Below, in pieces: positions 29,453 through 37,990 of a stretch of DNA of 64,000 nucleotides (within the stretch, counting starts at the first letter, position 1; the number at the start of each line of letters is the position of its first letter). Made by a program: the position numbers and the translations under genes. The DNA is from a virus (Duplodnaviria > Caudoviricetes), in the IMG/VR virus record IMGVR_UViG_3300009285_001197, positions 1,316-65,315 of that record, one strand, 5' to 3'. The notes under the pieces are model-generated. The model searched no databases, was not told the DNA's origin, and saw nothing but the letters and a program-made list of their open reading frames with translations.

Positions 29453-29638
29453 ATGAAACCAAACATAGCATCTAAATGTGAAATCTGCGGTGGACCTAAA
29501 GGTCGCTATTTCAACCATGAAAAATGCTCAAAAATCAAACAACAGCAACACACGCTAGATAAGCGACCACACAAGCAGACACTTGACACAAAACGACAGA
29601 AATATCTAAGTAAAACAGGAGAGCGTTATGATACCTAA
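29453..29638 (+). CDS. Small Zn-finger-like protein
   Basis: CEICG..HEKCSK; GGAG RBS. Confidence 0.5.
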   Translation: MKPNIASKCEICGGPKGRYFNHEKCSKIKQQQHTLDKRPHKQTLDTKRQKYLSKTGERYDT

Positions 29639-29840
29639 AAGAGTACGTCTCCAATTTCAAACCATACTCGAAGCTTCCAGAACACACAGCCTGTGTGTTA
29701 CTGAAACAACAAACCGTAAAACAGGAGCTAAAGTTTACATTCTCTGTGCCCATACAAATGAAAACCTTTACCCCTTGGCACAACTGGGAGCCATGTCTGA
29801 ACTCCATACCCCTCAACATAGCGGGAGTAAACTGATATGA
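29628..29840 (+). CDS. Hypothetical protein
   Basis: 70-aa ORF with AGGAG RBS. Confidence 0.5.
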   Translation: MIPKRVRLQFQTILEASRTHSLCVTETTNRKTGAKVYILCAHTNENLYPLAQLGAMSELHTPQHSGSKLI

Positions 29841-30047
29841 ACAAAAGAACGAACAACATTCTTATAGGTCAAGCTCTATTGGACAATATGAAAGCGTATC
29901 GCAAGAAAGTTACAGCCACGCCGGATTCTGCACGTAGTTTTCTGACCCGCCTAGGCGTCATGACACCCAACGGTAAGGTTAAGAAACTAATACAAAACTA
30001 ACTCTTGCAAAACGGAGTAAATTGATATGAACAAAAGAACGAACAAC
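29824..30047 (+). repeat. 34-bp direct repeat (29824-29857 and 30014-30047)
   Basis: GGAGTAAAyTGATATGAACAAAAGAACGAACAAC with one mismatch; covers the RBS plus the first 7 codons of two adjacent ORFs. Confidence 0.9.
29837..30001 (+). CDS. Small hypothetical protein (54 aa)
   Basis: Own translation MNKRTNNILIGQALL...FLTRLGVMTPNGKVKKLIQN; GGAG RBS. Confidence 0.55.
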   Translation: MNKRTNNILIGQALLDNMKAYRKKVTATPDSARSFLTRLGVMTPNGKVKKLIQN

Positions 30048-30167
30048 CTTATGCGTATTTGGGTAAACGCAGGAATTTCAGCTGCTAAATTTAACAAAGC
30101 CCACGCCGTTTCACTTTTGACTGATCTCGGCGTACCTGAATCAGTGATCCAAAGGACGCTACCATGA
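30027..30167 (+). CDS. Small hypothetical protein (46 aa)
   Basis: Own translation MNKRTNNLMRIWVNAG...VIQRTLP; GGAG RBS. Confidence 0.5.
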   Translation: MNKRTNNLMRIWVNAGISAAKFNKAHAVSLLTDLGVPESVIQRTLP

Positions 30168-30245
30168 AGCTAACTTCATATGGAACTTTCTGGATGGTGT
30201 ACTTCATTTTCTTCCTATTTGCAGCCTATTTCTTTGTCGCATAAA

Positions 30246-30674
30246 ATGAACATTCTTAAATTTATACCATTAGTACAAGAACTAGCGCTACTGTCAAAAG
30301 ACCCAAGTACAAAAGTAGGTTGCGCAATATTCGGACCAGGTATGGAAATTAGAGCTACAGGATGGAATGGGTTCCCACGAGGGGTTAATGACACCGAAGA
30401 AAGACTCAATGACAGACCTACGAAATATAAATTCATCACCCATGCAGAGGCGAATGCAATCGCTAATGCGGCGCGTTCTGGCGTCGCCCTCGAAGGATGC
30501 TCTCTGCTTGTTACTGCGTTGCACCCGTGCAACGATTGTGCCAAGCTGCTCATTCAGTCTGGCATCAAAAAAGTGTATGCACCATTGCCCGAAATCGACG
30601 GGCGCTGGGCAGACAGTTTCGAAGTTGCCGCCACAATGTTCCGCGAAGCAGGAGTGGAGGTAGAGTTTTACTAA
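30246..30674 (+). CDS. dCMP deaminase
   Basis: SKDPSTKVGC, GWNGFPRG, HAEANAI, PCNDCAKLLIQSGI. Confidence 0.92.
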   Translation: MNILKFIPLVQELALLSKDPSTKVGCAIFGPGMEIRATGWNGFPRGVNDTEERLNDRPTKYKFITHAEANAIANAARSGVALEGCSLLVTALHPCNDCAKLLIQSGIKKVYAPLPEIDGRWADSFEVAATMFREAGVEVEFY

Positions 30675-30913
30675 ATAAGGAGAAAGTTTCTGTGAATATT
30701 ATTCTCGAACTTATCGAAGGAATTGCTAATGGTGGACACACAAGCCTTATCCTCCCGAAAGGATTGATGCAGAATGAAAGCTGCTTAAAGTGCGCATACG
30801 GCGGGGAAAACTTAACTGTCAATTTCTGCAAACGCCCACTAGATCAGAAATGTCATAAGGCTATACCCGACGTCGCTTTAACCAGCTATTGAGTAGATAT
30901 AAGTGATGTCCGA

Positions 30914-30971
30914 GTGGAACGCAGAAATAACCGGCGACTGAAAGCCGTCCGCGTTGATTGCCGGGTTAGCA
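30914..30971 (-). repeat. attC-like site A
   Basis: Minus strand: TGCTAAC-CCGGC-AATCAACGCGGACGGC...GTCGCCGGTTATT-TCTGC-GTTCCAC. Confidence 0.7.
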
Positions 30972-30993
30972 CACAACAAAAAAGGAGCAAAAA

Positions 30994-31173
30994 ATGAAAA
31001 TAGAAATCAGGCTCAACGAAGAAACCGAGGAGAAAGAACTGTATCTTTTTGGTGATTTTCAGGCTTCGTGGAATATACTGGTAGATGACAGTAAGGTAAT
31101 TATTCCTTACGCGATAGATGCGGCTATAAAGATCGGAGAAGATTGGACGCCAAGCGGCGTCCCTCTTGAATGA
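30994..31173 (+). CDS. Cassette ORF, hypothetical (59 aa)
   Basis: AAGGAG RBS; own translation MKIEIRLNEETEEKELYLFG...PSGVPLE. Confidence 0.55.
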   Translation: MKIEIRLNEETEEKELYLFGDFQASWNILVDDSKVIIPYAIDAAIKIGEDWTPSGVPLE

Positions 31174-31197
31174 CGGGTTGGGCAACGAAAGGATACT

Positions 31198-31482
31198 ATG
31201 AAACGCGAACTTAATGACACAGAAAAACGTGTAATAGATGCTGCAAAAACACTTGAAAAAGACAAGTGGCGCGGTACGTGGGGAGCAACATCTATCCAGA
31301 TTCTCGGCTGGCCCGATTCTGGTAAAGCCTACATGGCAAAAGAGCTTGGAATTTCTGCCGCAATAGCCGAGTTGCGAAGGCGCGGAATTGTGATTATGCA
31401 TCATCGGCATGGGTACAGGCTGGCAGTGCCCAACGTAAAATTAACCAGCGGTGCGCACGCCGCACCCGAAACGGAGAAATGA
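31198..31482 (+). CDS. Cassette ORF, winged-HTH-like
   Basis: AAAGGA RBS; ISAAIAELRRRGIVIMHHRHGYRL resembles a wHTH. Bounded by GTTGGGCA (31177) and TGCCCAAC (31427). Confidence 0.6.
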   Translation: MKRELNDTEKRVIDAAKTLEKDKWRGTWGATSIQILGWPDSGKAYMAKELGISAAIAELRRRGIVIMHHRHGYRLAVPNVKLTSGAHAAPETEK

Positions 31483-31632
31483 ACATGAACGCTACCGAAA
31501 GACTAAGGCAGTACATCGGGTCGGAAGAAAGATTAAGAAGGACGGTACGCCTGGGGCAGTAATTTATGAGATATTGGCTAGTTACAATAAAAATCCGGTA
31601 AAGGTCGTGAATTAGACTGGAGGAGATAGAAC

Positions 31633-31923
31633 ATGAGCATAAGGAAAATTTTTGAGGATTGGTACTTTGGCGAGAACCATACAGGTAAAGCAAGGGAGCG
31701 TAGCGAGAATGGAGGGTACAGATACATCGCCGCCGAAGCTGCGTGGAATACGTGGCAAACAGCAACAAAAGCAGAGCGCGAGGCGTGCGCAAGGCTATTC
31801 GAGGACGCTGACGGCGTGGTGCACGAGCGCACCGCTGCGAACTGGCGCGACCCTGCGCGGGCCATTCGGATGCGATCTAACGTAAAGGTAAGGGGTCGCC
31901 CGCTTTTGGGCGATCCCTCTTGA
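31633..31923 (+). CDS. Cassette ORF, hypothetical phage protein
   Basis: GGAGGAG RBS; FEDWY..AAWNTWQ..AEREACA motifs; reads through attC D. Confidence 0.65.
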   Translation: MSIRKIFEDWYFGENHTGKARERSENGGYRYIAAEAAWNTWQTATKAEREACARLFEDADGVVHERTAANWRDPARAIRMRSNVKVRGRPLLGDPS

Positions 31924-31937
31924 CCGCAGGGTTGGGC
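31875..31937 (-). repeat. attC-like site D
   Basis: Minus strand: GCCCAAC-CCTGC-GGTCAAGAGGGATCGCCC-AAAAGC-GGGCGACCCCTTACC-TTTAC-GTTAGAT, with the extra C in L''. Confidence 0.85.
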
Positions 31938-31958
31938 GGTTTTAACTGGAGAAGAGAA

Positions 31959-32261
31959 ATGAGCGAAACAGCAAAATGTGCAATTTGTGGCGAGCCAATG
32001 CCGCCAGGCGAGGAAATGTTCAAGTACCACGGATACAGTGGGGATTGCCCAAAGCCACCAATGCCGAAACCTCCGGCAAAGCAGAAAATACCGGGATTGA
32101 TTGCCGCTGCCGCATACGCGGACAACAAGAGCGTATCAATGCTCTTCGATACCTCAGAACAGGCGCACGCTTTCGTTGCTGGCATAGAGGCTGATGTGGC
32201 GCCCAACGTGGATTTCAGCGGCTCGACGCCGCTTTATGGCGGCGAGTCCGCTGGAAAGTAG
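31959..32261 (+). CDS. Cassette ORF with CxxC...H..C motif
   Basis: GGAG RBS; MSETAKCAICGEPMPPGEEMFKYHGYSGDCPKPP. Confidence 0.65.
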   Translation: MSETAKCAICGEPMPPGEEMFKYHGYSGDCPKPPMPKPPAKQKIPGLIAAAAYADNKSVSMLFDTSEQAHAFVAGIEADVAPNVDFSGSTPLYGGESAGK

Positions 32262-32269
32262 GGTTCGGC
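32201..32269 (-). repeat. attC-like site E
   Basis: Minus strand: GCCGAAC-CCTAC-TTTCCAGCGGACTCGCCGCC...GCGGCGTCGAGCCGCTGAAA-TCCAC-GTTGGGC. Confidence 0.85.
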
Positions 32270-32305
32270 GTCTTATCGGAGCCGACTTTTGAGAAAGGGA
32301 ACGCA

Positions 32306-32635
32306 ATGGAAAAACTAGACATGAAGCACCGACCGAGCGCCGAGTATCGCTACTGGCTGTACGACCCCGAAGGCGACGGAATGGTGTACTTCCGCACGCA
32401 AACGGAGCGCGACAAACAAGCTGCGAGGGCGATTGATGCGTACCTCGATGACGGGTGGGCGGACGAGGTTGAACTCGTGGCAGCCGGAGAGTTGACGCAC
32501 TTTGCGCAGGTGCTTGATAAGCAGATGCGGCCAGCGGACGAAGACCTCGACGAAGACTGGTACGACGGCGAATGCACCGCGTGGCCCGAAGGCATGGACT
32601 GGGGCGAGAGCGGAAGCGGACGAAGGCCGCTGTAG
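32306..32635 (+). CDS. Cassette ORF, acidic hypothetical protein
   Basis: AAAGGGA RBS; YWLYDPEGDG...LDDGWADEV. Confidence 0.65.
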   Translation: MEKLDMKHRPSAEYRYWLYDPEGDGMVYFRTQTERDKQAARAIDAYLDDGWADEVELVAAGELTHFAQVLDKQMRPADEDLDEDWYDGECTAWPEGMDWGESGSGRRPL

Positions 32636-32687
32636 ATAATCGCCTGGAGCGTAGGGTTGGGCGGCGACGCCCGGAAAGGACAAAGAT

Positions 32688-33299
32688 ATGAAGTTTGATG
32701 ACATGAACCCGATGCAGCGACGGTTGCACAACGTGGCATGCGTATTGGACGCGGATGGTGACGAGTACGGTTTTGTTCCGCTGTTGCTGGAAACGATCGA
32801 AGCGCTCGCAACAGCACCTCTAAAAGAGTTCACGCCTGTCGAGTTCCTGCTGGATGGCGCACGACTGAAGCTGTCGTTTCGGCAGGAAGAATGCGAGTCA
32901 TGCGGAGCGTCGAGTGCGCACTTCCACACGGCGCCAATGGATCAGTACGCCGAAGAACTGCGAGGCTTGTGGGTGGCGCTGGTGCCGGCAGAAAACGACA
33001 GGCATTTGAAGATGAAGATTCCGACGCCGACTTTTGGAGACAAAGACATGACCTGCCACACAAAAGAACAACTTGAAGAAATGCTGTTTGACGTGGTGAA
33101 TGAACTCGACCTGTCGGACTTGATGATCGAAGAGCACGGCCCGCTTGGAACGCCACCGGCAACACTGGTGCGGCTTGTGCTTGAGCGCAAGGATTTGGAG
33201 ATTCGCATGCTCAAACAGGGCTTCGTTGCCGTGACGCCGAACGCCAGCGTGAGCGGCGCGGAGCCGCAGGCGGAGCGTCCGACTCGACGCAACAGTTAG
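32688..33299 (+). CDS. Cassette ORF, hypothetical (possibly two fused ORFs)
   Basis: AAAGGA RBS; internal GGAG..ATG at 33048; ends inside attC G. Confidence 0.65.
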   Translation: MKFDDMNPMQRRLHNVACVLDADGDEYGFVPLLLETIEALATAPLKEFTPVEFLLDGARLKLSFRQEECESCGASSAHFHTAPMDQYAEELRGLWVALVPAENDRHLKMKIPTPTFGDKDMTCHTKEQLEEMLFDVVNELDLSDLMIEEHGPLGTPPATLVRLVLERKDLEIRMLKQGFVAVTPNASVSGAEPQAERPTRRNS

Positions 33300-33301
33300 A
33301 C
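33236..33301 (-). repeat. attC-like site G
   Basis: Minus strand: GTCTAAC-TGTTG-CGTCGAGTCGGACGCTCCG...CGCGCCGCTCACG-CTGGC-GTTCGGC. Confidence 0.82.
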
Positions 33302-33313
33302 ATCGGAGGAAAA

Positions 33314-33496
33314 ATGAAAGTCACATGCGAACTTAATATTGGTAACGACCAAGAGCATCCGGGGGTCAAGATTCTGTTTGAGGGAGAACCAACGGAAAAG
33401 CGCGGATTCATCCACCTACGGATAGGTGATGTTCAGTATGAGTTACGGCCATCAGAAGTGGCAGCGGCATTGCAAAGGGTGCGTAGCGATGCCTAA
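33314..33496 (+). CDS. Cassette ORF, hypothetical (60 aa)
   Basis: GGAG RBS; its stop TAA lies within the GCCTAAC core. Confidence 0.65.
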   Translation: MKVTCELNIGNDQEHPGVKILFEGEPTEKRGFIHLRIGDVQYELRPSEVAAALQRVRSDA

Positions 33497-33580
33497 CGTA
33501 GAGCTAAGGGGCGCGAGCGATGACGCAACAACGAAGTGAAACCGGCTGTTCGAGCGTCCCATTTGAGCGCCTTGTTATGC
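33491..33580 (-). repeat. attC-like site H (90 bp)
   Basis: Minus strand: GCATAAC-AAGGC-GCTCAAATGGGACGCTCG...CGCGCCCCTTAGC-TCTAC-GTTAGGC. Confidence 0.85.
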
Positions 33581-33909
33581 CTGCTGGGGCCGTTGCGCTG
33601 CGGCCAGTGCGTTTTTTGCCTGGCGACGGACTGCGCTACTACACGGCCACAACATTTCCGCGCGACCGGCGTGCAGGATGTGACATGTATTACCGCAGAT
33701 GCCGCGCCTTCGGCGGCGTGGAAGGCGAGCAAGCAGGAATTTGCGACGTGCTGGACGCGAGCGGTGATGTGGTGGCCGACTTCCCGCTTACTGCGCATGG
33801 CCTGGACTACCTGTACCGCGCACTTGGGTGTCGGGTAGATGGGCATAACGTTCAAATTGAGGCGCGGCGCGCTGTTGCGCCGTCGCTCTCGAATGCAGGG
33901 TTAGGCTGA
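33577..33909 (+). CDS. Cassette ORF, hypothetical
   Basis: Open frame between attC H and I; start uncertain (33520 or 33577). Confidence 0.45.
   Translation: MPAGAVALRPVRFLPGDGLRYYTATTFPRDRRAGCDMYYRRCRAFGGVEGEQAGICDVLDASGDVVADFPLTAHGLDYLYRALGCRVDGHNVQIEARRAVAPSLSNAGLG
33843..33906 (-). repeat. attC-like site I
   Basis: Minus strand: GCCTAAC-CCTGC-ATTCGAGAGCGACGGCGC...GCGCCGCGCCTCAAT-TTGAAC-GTTATGC. Confidence 0.85.
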
Positions 33910-33927
33910 ACTTTTAAGGAGATCAGG

Positions 33928-34113
33928 ATGAAATTTAATGAAACGCTGATTTATAGGGTACTAAGTATTCCTGGAAATGAATGGGAAAAAAGTTGCGGAT
34001 ATGTGTTTGCATTAAAAATTCCAGTCCTGATTGTGATGATGCTTGTCGGAGTTCCGACTGCAATTGTGATTGATTTTTTCTACGCAGCATTGAAAGTTGA
34101 CGGTGATGCCTAA
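33928..34113 (+). CDS. Cassette ORF, small membrane protein
   Basis: AAGGAG RBS; hydrophobic segment; stop TAA within the GCCTAAC core at 34108-34114. Confidence 0.6.
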   Translation: MKFNETLIYRVLSIPGNEWEKSCGYVFALKIPVLIVMMLVGVPTAIVIDFFYAALKVDGDA

Positions 34114-34172
34114 CGTGAAATAGACAACATACCGTGCAACGAAAGCAGGCATAAAACAAGGAGTAACGCGCC

Positions 34173-34364
34173 ATGCCATCATTGAAATCCGATATTTTCA
34201 TCATAGTGAAAGCAGGTGACAAATCGTTTTCAATCGGTGGCGTTCTGCTTCCTGATGGCCGCTATGCCATCAAACGCGGACGATCCTGGGCGAAGAAGAT
34301 CAGAACGACAACATTGAGCGAGATATTTACAGAAGCCCGCAAATGGGTGGTGATAAACAAATGA
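34173..34364 (+). CDS. Small basic hypothetical protein
   Basis: AAGGAG RBS; 63 aa. Confidence 0.55.
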   Translation: MPSLKSDIFIIVKAGDKSFSIGGVLLPDGRYAIKRGRSWAKKIRTTTLSEIFTEARKWVVINK

Positions 34365-34593
34365 GAAACACTTTTCCCGCGTCGATTAACGCAACTCAAC
34401 AGGAGCGTGAAATCATGAGGTTTGGACGCCAAGCGGGTGCTGACGGGTAAGCCGTCACCTAATTCAAAAATCAATATGACAACTCTAACAAAATCTGAAA
34501 GAATGATCGACCAATTGCGTCAGAGGTTAAGCACAGCACGCACTAAGGAAATCATTCTTCTCAATCAAATCATACAACTCAAGGAAGAGATTC

Positions 34594-35958
34594 ATGAGCA
34601 CTACCTCAACTGCCATGGCTCATCAGAAACAAAGCCTGAAGAAACTGGAAAAGACCCCACTAGCATTTGACACCAGCGACCCAGGTACTGGCAAAACTTT
34701 CGTACAAATCATGGATTTTGCTAAACGCCGTCGTAAACAAGGTGGCAAAGCTCTAATCATTGCACCCAAATCTTTACTTGAAAGCGCCTGGAAAGAAGAC
34801 TTTCAAAAGTTCGCACCGGACATAGCAGTAGTCTGTGCTTATGCAGAGAATCGTGCAGAAGCATTCAAAATGCCAGCCGACGGAGTCATCACTAACACAG
34901 ACGCCCTCCTCTGGCTGAGTAAGCAACCCAAAAAATTCTTCAAGGATTTCGACACCCTAGTTATTGATGAATCAACCAGCGTAAAGCACAAGACCAGTGG
35001 TCGCAGTAAAGCAGCCGCCAAGATCAGCAAATACTTTAAGTACCGCCGCCTAATGACAGGAACACCAACCAGTAACGGTATCACTGACATCTGGCACCAA
35101 GTATTCATTCTCGATGAAGGTGCCCGTTTGGGCAAAAGCTTCTTTAGTTTCCGTGCAGCCGCCTGCACACCTCAACAGGTTGGGCCAGGTCCTAAAATGA
35201 TTAAATGGACAGATCGCCCAGGCATTGAAGGAATCATTGGTGTATTGCTCAAAGACATCGTGATTCGTCACAAGTTTGAAGACTGTGTAGACATCCCTGA
35301 GAACCACCGTTACTCAGTGCCCTACACTCTGAAGAAATCTCACAGAGCAAATTACTCTGAGATGGAAAAAGAACAGCTCCTCCTTCTGAAAGACACTATC
35401 ATCACAGCAGTCAACGGAGGTGTTGTCTACACCAAGCTTCTACAAATCGCATCTGGAGCTGTTTATGACGGAGAAGGTAACTACACGCTTCTGGATACCG
35501 GTCGGTACGAACTCGTTCTTGATCTTGTGGAAGCCCGTCAACATTCTATTGTATTCTTCAACTGGCAACATCAGAGAGATTTGCTGGTTGCCGAAGCAGA
35601 GAAGCGCGGCCTAAGCTTTGCTACTTACGACGGAGAAACCAACAAGAATGACCGAAAACAGATCGTTACTGACTTCCAGGCTGGCAAGTACAACGTACTC
35701 TTTGCCCACCCACAGAGTGCTGGCCATGGTCTCACATTGACCAAGGGTACAGCGACGATATGGGCCTCACCCACCTACAACCTGGAACACTTCGCCCAAG
35801 GCTGGAAGCGCGTGCACCGCATCGGTCAGACGCAAAAGACTGAAACCATCGTAGTGGTAGCTAAAGATACTGTAGATGAAAAAGTATGGGCCGTGCTCAA
35901 TGAAAAAGATGGCAAAATGAGCGCCCTGCTAAATGAATTAAAAGAACTGATGAAATGA
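34594..35958 (+). CDS. SNF2-family (SF2) helicase
   Basis: DPGTGKT, VIDES, MTGTP, SAGHGLTL, QGWKRVHRIGQ. Confidence 0.9.
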   Translation: MSTTSTAMAHQKQSLKKLEKTPLAFDTSDPGTGKTFVQIMDFAKRRRKQGGKALIIAPKSLLESAWKEDFQKFAPDIAVVCAYAENRAEAFKMPADGVITNTDALLWLSKQPKKFFKDFDTLVIDESTSVKHKTSGRSKAAAKISKYFKYRRLMTGTPTSNGITDIWHQVFILDEGARLGKSFFSFRAAACTPQQVGPGPKMIKWTDRPGIEGIIGVLLKDIVIRHKFEDCVDIPENHRYSVPYTLKKSHRANYSEMEKEQLLLLKDTIITAVNGGVVYTKLLQIASGAVYDGEGNYTLLDTGRYELVLDLVEARQHSIVFFNWQHQRDLLVAEAEKRGLSFATYDGETNKNDRKQIVTDFQAGKYNVLFAHPQSAGHGLTLTKGTATIWASPTYNLEHFAQGWKRVHRIGQTQKTETIVVVAKDTVDEKVWAVLNEKDGKMSALLNELKELMK

Positions 35959-36152
35959 AACACCACTTGCTACTTATCTGGTTATTCATGGTTCTATATT
36001 ATGGATTCTTCTTAACCTATAGCACATGGGATACACAACTAGAAATCATCTTGATGGTCACAGTGCCCTTTTTACTAGGTTACCGCACATGCAAAAACAA
36101 CACATCATCTTCGACATCGAAATCATCGGAGACCAGAAACCAGTCTTCCTAG
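35955..36152 (+). CDS. Small membrane protein
   Basis: Two hydrophobic segments; ATGA coupling to the helicase. Confidence 0.4.
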   Translation: MKHHLLLIWLFMVLYYGFFLTYSTWDTQLEIILMVTVPFLLGYRTCKNNTSSSTSKSSETRNQSS

Positions 36153-37990
36153 TCTGCACCAAGAACGTAGAAACAAAGGAAACACAAGCCTTCTGGATGC
36201 ACAAACGCGGACACATGAAAAAACTGGAAGCAATGCTTCCTGAGTATACATGGGTCAGTTTCAACGGAATCAATTTCGATGCACCACTAATTTGTGCGGC
36301 CATTGCTGGGGCTGACGAACTCTGGCTCAAAGATGTCGCCAACCAAATCATTGAACAGCAAATGCGTTCATGGCAGACCTACCGCGAATTCAAAATTGAA
36401 TTCATTGACTTTGATCACATCGACCTGATTGAAACTGCGCCAGGTGTGATGATCTCACTTAAGACATACGCAGGACGAATGGGTCACCCCACTATGGTAG
36501 ATATGCCCTTCCCTCACGACCTAGACCTGAAGCTTTCGCAACACAAACAATTAGAGAATTACTGTCTAAATGACCTAAGCGTCACAGAGGCGTTGTTCAA
36601 AAAACTATCAAAGGAAATCCAACTTCGCAAAGAATTAGGGGCTAAGTACGGAATTGATCTGCGCAGCAAATCAGATGCCCAGGCAGCAGAAGCCATCATG
36701 AAACAAGAACTAAGAATTGGAAAAGTTCAGAAAGACACTCCAAAGCTTATCAGTTACAAAGCACCTGACATTATCAGACCCAAAACCAAAGCAATCAAAG
36801 ACCTGGTTGCTAAATTTGAAAACACATACTTCAAGATCAACCATGCCAATGGTTCACCCATTGCCCCAGACTGGATGGAAGAAGAATTCAAACTGGGCAA
36901 AGGCACCTACACCATAGGAATTGGTGGCTTGCACAGTACACATGATCGGAACCTGCACGTCCAAGCCTCTGACACACTCTTGATCAGCGACTTTGACGTA
37001 GCCAGTTACTACCCTAATATCATGATGAAGTGTGGATTGATACCACGTCTTCCAGGCGACCTGGGACTGCAATTCCTTGAAACCTACAAAGAGATTTACG
37101 AACAGCGTCTGGAAGCCAAACACTCTGGGGACAAAACCGTAGCAGATACACTTAAGATTGTTCTGAACGGAAGCTATGGCAAGCTAGGCAGCATCTACTC
37201 TGTATTCTACTCACCAGACATGATGCTTGGAGTGGCCATCACAGGACAGCTCAACCTGCTAATCCTGATTGACAAGCTCGAACGCATCAAAGGCGTAACC
37301 GTCTATTCAGCCAACACGGACGGCATCACCGTAGGGCATAGCCCAGAAGCCCGTGAGGCAGTGCTCAAGGTATTCTCAGACAATGTAAAAATCACCGGCT
37401 TTGAGTACGAGGAAACACCTTACAAACTCATCGCTATGAAAGACGTGAACAACTATATTGCTATTACCACATCGGGTAAGGCCAAGCGTAAAGGCCTGTA
37501 CGCCAAGTCCGGTGTACATGAAATGAAGAACCCAACAATGGAAGTCTGCTCAAACATGGCCACAGACTACTTGCAATTTGGTAAATTACACATTGAGAAT
37601 TACGACGATATAAAAGATTTCGTCGCAGTACGCAATGTCAAAGGTGGAGGAGTCCAACACCTTCGTACAGAATTGCGTGACGACTGGGTGGAAACTTCAG
37701 ATCGGGTTTGGCAGGCCAATGGAAAAACAGTCAAACGCAAGTCTCGCCCAGCACCCTACGAAATCGGTGTAGGGGGAACACCTTTCGGTCGCGTGGCCAG
37801 ATGGTACATGGCAACAAAAAAACTGCCTGCTATCACTTATGTAGAAAGTGGCAATCAGGTCCCAAAAACCGAAGGGGCCAAGCTCTGCATGACCTTGCTC
37901 GATAAATTACCAAATGATCTGGACTATGACTGGTACATCAGGGAAACAATTTCAATGCTCAAGGATATGGGCGTCACCTATTCAAAGTAG
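36089..37990 (+). CDS. DNA polymerase, family B-like, with 3'-5' exonuclease domain
   Basis: Exonuclease motifs FDIE, FNGINFD, YCLND; polymerase motifs DFDVASYYPNI, KIVLNGSYGK, SANTDG. Confidence 0.9.
   Translation: MQKQHIIFDIEIIGDQKPVFLVCTKNVETKETQAFWMHKRGHMKKLEAMLPEYTWVSFNGINFDAPLICAAIAGADELWLKDVANQIIEQQMRSWQTYREFKIEFIDFDHIDLIETAPGVMISLKTYAGRMGHPTMVDMPFPHDLDLKLSQHKQLENYCLNDLSVTEALFKKLSKEIQLRKELGAKYGIDLRSKSDAQAAEAIMKQELRIGKVQKDTPKLISYKAPDIIRPKTKAIKDLVAKFENTYFKINHANGSPIAPDWMEEEFKLGKGTYTIGIGGLHSTHDRNLHVQASDTLLISDFDVASYYPNIMMKCGLIPRLPGDLGLQFLETYKEIYEQRLEAKHSGDKTVADTLKIVLNGSYGKLGSIYSVFYSPDMMLGVAITGQLNLLILIDKLERIKGVTVYSANTDGITVGHSPEAREAVLKVFSDNVKITGFEYEETPYKLIAMKDVNNYIAITTSGKAKRKGLYAKSGVHEMKNPTMEVCSNMATDYLQFGKLHIENYDDIKDFVAVRNVKGGGVQHLRTELRDDWVETSDRVWQANGKTVKRKSRPAPYEIGVGGTPFGRVARWYMATKKLPAITYVESGNQVPKTEGAKLCMTLLDKLPNDLDYDWYIRETISMLKDMGVTYSK

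Larger units (their letters stand above)
30914..34114 (-). mobile_element. Integron-type attC gene-cassette array without integrase (CALIN-like), ORFs inverted
   Basis: Six complete and four partial attC-like sites separate small ORFs; ends of individual cassettes are complementary. Confidence 0.8.

Noticed and set aside
30886-33855. Minus-strand ORFs 30886..31410, 31877..32206 and 33493..33855 as the 'properly oriented' cassette genes
   Set aside because: They lack RBSs and their conserved-looking parts (PNPAVKRD, HNKALKWD) are just translated attC sequence. The plus-strand ORFs have strong RBSs and phage-like motifs.
30914-34114. CRISPR array or simple terminators as an explanation for the repeats
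   Set aside because: The repeats are sequence-divergent palindromes separated by gene-sized units, lack U-tracts and follow attC box spacing.
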